64,000 nucleotides of DNA from positions 69,936,001 to 70,000,000 of the forward strand of contig OZ241830.1 in the NCBI GenBank assembly GCA_965202585.1, read 5' to 3'. The notes beneath the pieces were generated by a model. That model saw nothing but the letters and a program-made list of their open reading frames with translations. It did no database searches and was not told the DNA's origin. Shown in pieces: positions 62,401 to 64,000 of this stretch. Made by a program: the position numbers and the translations under genes. This DNA comes from Thalia democratica (lineage: Eukaryota). The stretch's first letter is position 1; each line of letters begins with the position of its first letter.

Positions 62401-64000
62401 TATTCAAAATACTTCTTAACAGAGACAACTAGAGTTTTAATCATGATTTTTTTCAACGGCTCATAAAAACATGATAAATTATTTTTACAGCTCTTGAAAT
62501 TTAGCTTTAAAAGTATAGTTGCTAAAATTAATAGATTTAACTAATCCTTTTAGGAGCAATAAACTTAATTTTTATTTACTTAAAAGCCGTTAATGTTTTA
62601 TTACAGCAACAAATTGTAAATCAAACAAAAAACTCTTTATGCTCGTCAAAGATAAGTTGTCTTTAAATTATCTAAAATTCAAATTAATCTAACGAGTGCT
62701 ACTTTACGACACTTTCATAGCTGTTGAATGACAGAAACATATGCATTAACATGTAAGCTAGTTAATTAGAGTCAGAAAAAAAGCTTTCTAAGTTCCTGAT
62801 TTTTACGTCTTGAACTAATTGAAACATATGTAGCTATAAGATTGTAATTTTTTATGCGCAATAAAGATAATGGAAGGAAACCAAACATATTTTTAATTTG
62901 TCAGCAGGTTTTATCTAATCTCTTTTGTATTTGCTTCTCGTTGTTTTATTCCATGAGAAAGCTACGAACCTCGAAAGCTTCCTTCTAAATTTGTTATACA
63001 TATTACGTAACAAAAATTTACTTTAAAAGTTTTCTAGTTCTTTAAAGATAAAAAGTATCTGATTCCGGTACAACTCAGTTGAAATATTTTAATGTTCAAT
63101 TATGTATTATTATTTTTTTTTTAAACTTTTAATTGACCAAGTCGTCATAATCACGAACTTTTACCGATTAGTTTTTGTTATACTTGTTTAGAAGAAAGTA
63201 TTAAAAATATTTAACTTGCAGTGTTTAAAATGCAATGTACTAATCCAATAGTTGTATAAATAAAGTTGTAAAGTTTCTTATCGCTTATTTTGATTGAAAA
63301 ATTTCAATTTTTATGTCCTCTTTATTTCATGGCGCCGGTCACAAGTTTTCTACAAAACGGATGCCCCTTACAAGCACAAGAAAAAAGGAGTAAGATGTTT
63401 TACATTTTAAGGGTTCTTTTCAGGATTTTAAAGTTTAAAGTGATAAAAGCGATGATAACTTCAAACAAAATTGTTTGCTTAGAAATGTATGTGTTTGTGT
63501 TGTGTCATAATTTTGTTTACTACTTTGTACTTGTTTTGTTATTAATCTTTAAAGTTTTTACAACAATGCTAAGTTTTTCTTTATAAACGGTACCGATTGG
63601 TTGCCAGTAGCAACAACTAATAACGAGCTTATGTTGGCAGGAAACCGTCGAAATTTTAAAAATTTCTTAAAGAAATTTCTCCGGTGGCAGATGTGCAAAT
63701 AAATAGTTGCAGCAGAAGCAACGTATCATTATCGTTTTTAGCAGATATTTACCGAATTTGTTTTAAAAGACATGGGTTCAATTGTCAGTTTTAGTAATAG
63801 AATAGAAACATAAAAAAATGCGTATTTTATTATTTCATCGTTTATGTTACGCTACAGTGTTGCGTTTTATAGTATTTTACTAGTTAAGTTATGAATAATG
63901 TTTCAGTAAAGACTTATGTAGTAAAACGGTTAGACAAAGAAGAAAAAAACGTGTTTAGTTTACTAAACTTGTGACTACTAGTTTATTTTTTACTTACTAG
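53439..64000 (-). repeat. Inverted third copy of the Islet upstream region (about the reverse complement of 29090-39060)
   Basis: 53439 aligns to ~39060 and ~12915; 63790 aligns to ~29290; 64000 aligns to ~29090. Contains both invariant cores in reverse orientation. Confidence 0.9.

Noticed and set aside
63290-63586. 98-aa plus-strand ORF near the window end
   Set aside because: TTG start, hydrophobic AT-rich composition, and the frame is not evident in the paralogous 29500-29850 region.

Overview
AT-rich (roughly 25-30% GC by eye) animal genomic DNA, probably an invertebrate; a tunicate is plausible but unproven. The window is a tandem segmental array with a ~25-27 kb period. Each unit holds an Islet-class LIM-homeobox gene on the minus strand, a downstream intronless kelch-repeat gene and a ~12 kb shared upstream region. 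Three Islet copies are visible. Copy A shows only coding exon 1 (1061-1355) and runs off the left edge. Copy B spans 19992-28493. Copy C spans 44118-53338, with its start codon inside a 100-N gap. B and C have complementary domain losses. B has LIM1, LIM2 and the conserved post-homeodomain exon (PAWKALSDYALQSEIEKTPFQQL) but no homeobox. C has LIM1, LIM2 and a diverged homeodomain but lacks that exon and the start of the last exon. In each copy I found a short candidate exon (56 nt in B, 65 nt in C) with canonical splice sites and exactly the phases needed to keep the frame into the conserved terminal exon. LIM2 differs mostly at synonymous sites between B and C. One kelch copy is intact (40150-41121), one is a pseudogene and one is a 5' fragment. 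After the gap, 53439-64000 is an inverted third copy of the upstream region (real inversion, fourth gene copy, or mis-oriented contig). Also present: a ~3 kb near-identical B/C intron tract, MITEs, invariant non-coding cores and a cluster of CRE sites. All splice models are manual predictions and percent identities are by-eye estimates.
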